A DNA stretch of 64,000 nt, taken from NCBI RefSeq assembly GCF_009914755.1, contig NC_060927.1; one strand, 5' to 3'. Source of the stretch: the human T2T-CHM13v2.0 reference genome, Homo sapiens. Made by a program: the position numbers and the translations under genes. How positions within the stretch are numbered: the stretch's first letter is position 1; each line of letters opens with the position of its first letter. Shown here one piece after another: positions 57,509 to 64,000 of this stretch. The notes under the pieces are model-generated. The model was given only the letters and a program-made list of their open reading frames with translations. It did not search any database and was not told the DNA's origin.

Positions 57509-57856
57509 TGTATTAGTCAGTTCTCATGCGTCTACTGGGTAATTTATAAAGAAAAAAAGGGTTTAATAGACTCACAGTTCATGTGGCTGAGGAGGCCTCA
57601 CAATCACGGCAGAAGTCACAGGAGGGGAAAGGCATAGTGTTATACCGCGGCAGGCAAGAGGGAGCTAGTGTAGGGGAACTCTTCTTTAAGAAACCATCAG
57701 ATCTCGTGAGACTTATTCACTATCACAAGAAGCATATGGGAAAGACCCACCCCCATGATTCAATTACTTCCCACCAGGTCCCTCCTATGATACAGGGGAA
57801 TTATGGGAGCTACAATTCAAGAGAGATTTGGGTGGGGACACAGCCAAACCATATCA
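57509..57856 (-). mobile_element. MaLR solo LTR (THE1B/C-like)
   Basis: tgtattagtcagttctcatg...gagatttgggtggggacacagccaaaccatatca. Confidence 0.9.
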
Positions 57857-58329
57857 GTGCTTATAGATGCATCACTTATAGATGCATCACTCCAATTTCT
57901 GCCTTCATCTTCCCAGAGTTGCTCCTGTGTCTCTGTGTCCTCACATGGTGGTCTTATAGGCTCTTTGTCAAATTGGATTAGGGGCTCACCCTACCCCAGT
58001 ATAATTTCATCTTAACTTGTTACACCTGCATCGACCCTAGTTCTAAATAAGGTCACAGTGTAAAGTATTAGGAGTTAAGATTTCAACATATCTTTTGGTG
58101 GTACACAATTCAATAGTTTCGGAGAAGAGAATACATTTTTTAAATCACTTTTTTTCTGTTTATAAATCTATGGAGAAGGAAGTACAGTATCTTGAACTGT
58201 GTAAGGAAGTATATAGTACCTTGAACTATGTATCTAAGAATGTGTTCTAAAATCTGTTAAAAAAGACAGCAACAACAACAATAGTAATTCCCTTTCTTGT
58301 TAAATGATATAAGTGGATTAACCTGGGCA

Positions 58330-59975
58330 TTTATTTCTATACTTTTCTGAAATCTCACAAAAATGAAGCAAAGACATAAAATAGAAACGGTTCAGAGTAA
58401 AGAATATAAGGAAGGCAATGAGAATTGCAAAACTCAGAAAACTGGAGAGCAGACAGGCAAATTAAAAACCGATTTAACACACCTGGGAAAGCTGGCCCCT
58501 AATTAACAGTATGGGAAATCTAGAGGCCAGGAGAGTTATAACAGAGACTCCCTCACCACATGCATAAACAAATCTTAGTGATTGGGGGCTGCAAGAGCGC
58601 TGAAATGGGGAAGCAGGTGAAGTTAACAATTTGGGAAATGAGTGAAAGTGTATATTAGAAATAGGTGTCCCAGATCGCTTCGTTGATCCTTTTCAACTGG
58701 GCAAATGCCCGTCCCTTATTTCAGCACAGAGCAACGTGCTAATTTGCCTGCAAGTTTGAAACAGAGGGACTCTGAGCATGAGGAATCCAACACAACCGTG
58801 AATGTAAAAGCATAGCATGAAATCATAGAGATGAAGAGAAAGTCAGAAAATGGTGACAAGTCAACTTACACCCTCAGTCAAGAGAGGATTCTTCTCTGGA
58901 GAAACAAGAAAAAAGACGTTGAGTTACAGAAAGTTGAGGAGTCTCCCCCAAAATGAAGGAGTCAAAGGATCATCCAGGAAGCCACTCCTAGAAAGGCCAC
59001 AGCTTCCTTCTTACCATATGAATACTAAGGCAAGGACCACAAAACAGTTGAGGAAAAGCCCTAGCATCACAGACAGAGGCCAAAACAGAAACAAACAAAA
59101 ACCAATAAAAATAATCAAAAAGAGGAAATGGAGATAATGTGGAAAGCAGACAGCAACCTAAAAAATAAAAACAATAAATATCCTCAGAAAATATAAAGGC
59201 TATTTTACTCTGAAACAAAAGTAAAAGCAAAGAAACAGGAGCATTCAGATTTATAAAAACAGATCAATGAACTTGAAAATATGATAGCAGAAATTAGAAG
59301 GACTAGAAGAGAAAAAAACACTCCAATTAAAAACTAAAAAATAGGTTTTAAAAGTAGAGAGCAATTCATGGACTTTAATATCTGAAAAACAGGAGTTTTA
59401 GAAAAGATACAACTAAGAACTAATTCAAGAAAATATTCTCAAATGAAAGGATAAGACTGTTTAGAATTTAAGTGCCTAAATTGTGGCAAATGAATGAAAA
59501 GCCACATATGTTAACTAACATTGTCATAATGTATATTTGTTCTCCCGAACACTTTAGAGAAATAAAATATCTCAAATTCCCACAGAGGGAGTAAATTAGT
59601 AATATATACAGAATTGGGAATCAGATGACCTGGAACTTATTAACGGCAGCACAGGAAGCAATTACTTCAGAATTTTGAGTGATAAAAAAAAATCCACCAG
59701 ACATCTATAATTATTCAAACTATGAATCAAATAAGAGAACAATTGATATTTTTATACAAGCAAGTTCTCAAAACTTGTATCACCTCATTTTTATTAGGAA
59801 GATACTGGATTATGTGTCATAATTTTGTATCATCAAAATTATGGAATAAGTCAAGCTACAGGAAAACGTGGAGTCCGAGAAAAGGGCCGCAACATAGGAC
59901 CAAAGAGAAAGACATTGTTGGGTGATGTTAATAAGGGAGTTGCAAAATAGAGAGCTGTGCAGCAGGTCTAGAGAG
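58330..59975 (+). mobile_element. HAL1/L1ME-type 5' and ORF1 region, highly decayed
   Basis: A-rich ORF1-like text (gaaaatatgatagcagaaatt, ggaatcagatgacctggaactt, ttcagaattttgag) and gctgtgcagcaggtctagagag. Confidence 0.6.
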
Positions 59976-60054
59976 ATGGAGAGATGTGGAGCTATGGGAC
60001 TTTTGGGATCTGAATGAGGGCATAAGGGCAGTGTGCATCATTCTGGGGAGTAAT

Positions 60055-60410
60055 CTGCCTGGACTTATTCAGATGTACAAACTGTGACCCAGCCCTTTTG
60101 CTCCTGGGTATATATCTCTGTGGTGTTTTCACAAAAGACTAGAAGGGAGATGTAGATGAGGCTGATCTATGCAGTGTTTATGAAGGTAGAAGTTTATGAA
60201 GGTGTCCATGTCTGTGCTACATCTTAAGTAAAACAAAGTAGATCTGCAGCAATTAGCAGTACATTGCTAACTGCACACATAGCAACATAGATTTTATAAG
60301 GAAGGTGCTGAGTAGAAAAAAGTGAGAAACAATGAGATTTAAAAGCCTATACTATTTATGTAAGTTAAGAACATGTATAAATAGAAAGATATACTTTAAA
60401 CATGTTAGAA
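60055..60410 (+). mobile_element. Old L1ME 3' fragment
   Basis: tgtgacccagcccttttgctcctgggtatata...gtgctgagtagaaaaaag. Confidence 0.5.
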
Positions 60411-60829
60411 CACACCAGTAAGTGGTGTAGAAAAGAACTGTGGAAATAAAAGGAAAAAACAAATGAGCAAATAAAACCAGAGAAGGATCTTCTTACAGGA
60501 CTAGTGCACTCTGTCTTATTCTCACTTCCTTCAACTCTAGGTAAAAGCCCTGTGAGACCTACCCACTGCCTGGCCTTGAGCTTCATCCTGGATCCTCCAC
60601 TATACCCATGAAGAGAAGACAGCAAAATCTCTTCTTCCCATTCTCTAGAAACTCTATGACACTATTTCCCAGATAACTAAAGGAATTTTAATGAACTTTA
60701 TCACTGACAGAATTGAGAATGTAAAAGTTTCATCTTTGTAACGGAATTGCATAATCCAATAGCTTAAAAATATAAATAGAAAATGACACCTCTAGGCACA
60801 TACATAAAATATTTGTTTCCTAACATATA

Positions 60830-60945
60830 AAACGATAATAAAAGCTTCTGCTTTTAGGGTTATTTGAAAATTAAAATGAAATTATGTATGTAAAATGCTC
60901 ACCATAATACCTGGCCCAGGGTAATGCATGCAATAAATAGTAGAT
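60830..60945 (+). mobile_element. MIR 3' part
   Basis: tagggttatttgaaaattaaaatgaaattatgtatgtaaaatgctc...cctggcccagggtaatgc..caataaat. Confidence 0.7.
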
Positions 60946-61559
60946 ACATTGAATGAGTTCATTGCAAAAATGTGTTTCGAAGATGGTTTAACTGGAATTC
61001 TAAGAAATAATGTTAAAAGAGATGGCTAGATATCTAGGTGAGGGCCAAAACACAAATTTAACCCTTAAATGACTGGAAGTATAAAATTCGAATCCCTAAT
61101 GACATCATTGTTAATTAATTAACATTTATTAAGAGCCTGCTACTTACCTAGTAACTAATCTCCAAGAGAAGACAATGTGTATGGAGTGCAAAAAAAGGCT
61201 TCAGATTTCAGAGAATGTTTCCTTGACCAGCCTATGTATAAGTTACTGTCCAAGCATGGTCTGAACACAGAGGCCTCTGCAGTCTCTCTTGTTACTGATC
61301 TGTGTTGAAATTAGAATAGTAATTGAGAGTAAACATTTAGATATTTTTACAACTATTTCATGGAGTAATTTCATTTTTTTATCTACTAACTGTAAAAACT
61401 AAACTTGCATTTTTGTATTATTTTTCTGGTAATATATTCATATAATATTTTATAGAAGTTTTGTCCAGTAATGGATTGGGAGAAAATAACAGTTCACATC
61501 TCACTTAGACTATGAATAGTTTGGAAAGTGTGATCCAAAGTGAGTCCCTATTTCAATCA

Positions 61560-61770
61560 CTCTATCAGATCATCCTACTTTATTTTCCTTATAGAAATTA
61601 TAACTAATTAAAATTAACACATTTGTTGAATTTTTATCTTTTCCTTCTCCTTTTACTAGAGGGTAATCTTCTCAAAGAGGGGTATCATTCCTCTTATTCA
61701 TTAACTAGAACAATGTCCAACATATACTAGATGCTAAATAAATTTCAGTTGAATGAATATATTGATTAAA
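61560..61770 (+). mobile_element. L2 3' end
   Basis: actagagggtaatcttctcaaag...ctagaacaatgtccaacatatactagatgctaaataaat..gttgaatgaat. Confidence 0.7.
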
Positions 61771-63180
61771 TTTCAGCTGCTGTTTTTATCACGGTAACAA
61801 CTGTTGTCAGCCAGAGGCCGACTGGCAAAGCTGTATGTGGGTGTAGCTTCTAGCAGCAGTGAGGTGATAAAGACAGTGGCTTCACTCTCCAAACCACAGG
61901 ACTCTCAGAATCTGTGACTCCAGAAAGCCTTTGGGATTTTATGAATAATTAACTTCTCCGAATGACAAAAGTCTACTTTCTCACCAGTTTGTGGGCTAAT
62001 TATAAACCTTTTTTAAACTAAAGCTTTCTAACATCTATTGTTAAAGTATCTGAGTTAAATATTCTATATGCTTGTGGTAATAAACTATATTTGAAAAAGA
62101 TGTTTTTTATTCATTTTCAAATCATTTTCTAATTCAGAACAACCTCTCTTGTCCTATTAGTGTGAATTACAGATTCTTCACTGTCACTGTCATGGTTAAA
62201 AGAGAGTAAGTTAATTTAGATTCCTGGATGACTAAAGCTGGAAGGATATTTTTAGTGACTCTAATGACTGGATCTTGTGGCTTGCTGCAAAGACAGTATT
62301 AGAAGCTGCTATTCAAGTTAGAAAGGGGTGATGAAGAGATATTGCAAAGGTTTGGGGGAAGATGGGGGAGAGATGGAAAATAGGGAAAACTGCTTTCCAA
62401 TTACGTAATAGCAGATACCATTCCTGTCCTTACAGAAGGTCAGAAATGCAGCAGCTGAAGCCATCACATAATAGACAATTTGATGATAGTAACTAAGAAA
62501 ACACAAAAGGCGTCTAATCTCCCCCCTATTGATAAAGCTGTCTGAGGTAGATCAATTTAGTCATGGTTGTTGTTAGGAAATTGCTCTTGTTTGATGTTCC
62601 ACAAGCAGATCATGTAGTTTCCTAGGAAACATCCTTTTTCACTTAAATCTAATTCTCCCACGTTGCGGGATCTGATGACTCACTCAGCCTGACTTTTCTC
62701 ACACTTCTCTCTGCCCATTAAAAAGGACCCACCAGCTGGAAATCCGCTAAATGAAATGAATTTATTAGCTCTTTTCACCTTGTTCTTCACTTAACTCTTG
62801 TGTTCTTTCCTTATAAGTCTAACTGCTTCCCTGATGTGAAGGGTTAGAAATAAGGAAGGAGCTAGCTGTGTGATGTGAGCAAGTGTTGAGCACTGAGTTC
62901 TGTCAATTTCTTGGTTATTAAGCTATATTTCAGCTTCTAGCTTTAAATGGAAAACATTACATGCACAGAGACATTTTTTCCTTGTACCCAGTAGTGGAAT
63001 TTGATAGCAATTTCATTTAATTTCAGATTCCCAGTCACACTTTATGGTAATGACAGAAAAAGAGAAGAAAGGGAGGGAGAGACAAAAGAAAAGAGTGGGG
63101 TGGGAAATAAGAGAGGAACAATGAAACTAAGAGAATTTGAACAGGTGTTTTAATTCTTATCGGAGTCAATATAAGCAATG

Positions 63181-63181
<1 letters not shown>

Positions 63182-63227
<46 letters not shown>
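63182..63227. repeat. (CA)23 microsatellite
   Basis: Read directly. Confidence 0.98.
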
Positions 63228-63228
<1 letters not shown>

Positions 63229-63599
63229 CTAGACACTGAAGCTAATAGAAATATAATTTTAATTTGTTGGTGAAGTGCAGCTATACAACACATTTTTAAG
63301 AAATTAAAGCAGCATGTTCACATCTCCTAAATATGCTGAGTCCACAGTTAGTGGAGCTGGCACATTCGAAGCTTAGTTGTTTCTATGGTAACATGGGCAA
63401 AGGCATGGGTGATAGAGGGAAGTCTGCTGAGATTTAATGTGAATAAAGGATTTTCAGAGCAAAAAAATCAATGACGTTTTGCTCAGATGGTAGCAGAAAC
63501 CCACAATAGCGGAAGGCTCAAACTGCTGACAGTGGGTACTCTCTTGGCTGATCTGTGCTCTGCAACAGTCATACTGTTTTTATCCCCCTTTTTGCTATA

Positions 63600-63825
63600 C
63601 TCGTTGAATCTTCGCTGTATGCCAGAAACCATACTAATTGCTTTCCTTATGTTATCTTTATGTGATATGAGGTATGGTATCATTACCATCATTTTACAGA
63701 TAAGAAAACTGAAATCTAGCATTGGTAAACGTTTTGCCTAAACTCATACAGCTCAGGACAGTTTTAGGACTTGTTCTCAGCTCTGATATCCATGATCTCT
63801 GTCGCTTCTACATTCTTTCACTCAC
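63600..63825 (-). mobile_element. MIR
   Basis: atgaggtatggtatcattaccatcattttacagataagaaaactgaa. Confidence 0.7.
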
Positions 63826-64000
63826 AGGTAAATTAATTGGTTTTCTTTAGGATGAGAGATTGCAGAGGCTTGTAAAATGCCTGTGGCTGAGCCACCAAGC
63901 CACTATTTCATTCAAACAACTGTAAATATATCTCAAGCCTAGGTGGGTCTCACCAATGTGATTCTTAACAAAAGCATGATCGATATAGTCAGGACCTACA

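Larger units (their letters stand above)
54704..58112 (-). mobile_element. Full MaLR element (MLT1C-like LTR, internal region, LTR) with nested Alu, MER4-type LTR and THE1
   Basis: LTR at ~54704-55106; internal region at ~55107-57300 ending catcccacttccttgtaccagaa (PBS-like in antisense); second LTR at 57301-58112. Both LTRs share cttaaaacaa, aatcaaagtgt, ttggttcct and aataaggtcac/t. Confidence 0.8.

Overview
This is primate (catarrhine-like; AluJ, AluS and AluY are present) AT-rich, CpG-poor intergenic or intronic DNA. I found no recognisable host protein-coding exon, and most of the window is transposable-element derived. The main feature is a complete but decayed ~8.5-kb class I (gamma/epsilon-like, ERV1) provirus at 17946-26426. 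It has paired MER57A-like LTRs, a 4-bp TSD, a Leu-tRNA-like PBS, gag-pro-pol-env with all domains readable despite stops and frameshifts, an Alu inside env, and a PPT, and it is inserted into an L2. Three structures are not explained by simple annotation: (1) a second, out-of-frame env transmembrane remnant behind the main env, suggesting an env swap; (2) a full LTR-int-LTR MaLR element with clipped ends, flanked by a ~190-bp direct duplication (54512-58328); (3) an L1 that keeps both its 5' and 3' termini but has an inverted ORF2 segment and a large deletion (34260-38024), inside a ~10-kb nest of elements. Subfamily names are recalled from consensus sequences and need RepeatMasker/Dfam confirmation. 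Boundaries of old elements are approximate. I see no credible new protein-coding system; the candidates are structural, evolutionary or regulatory.
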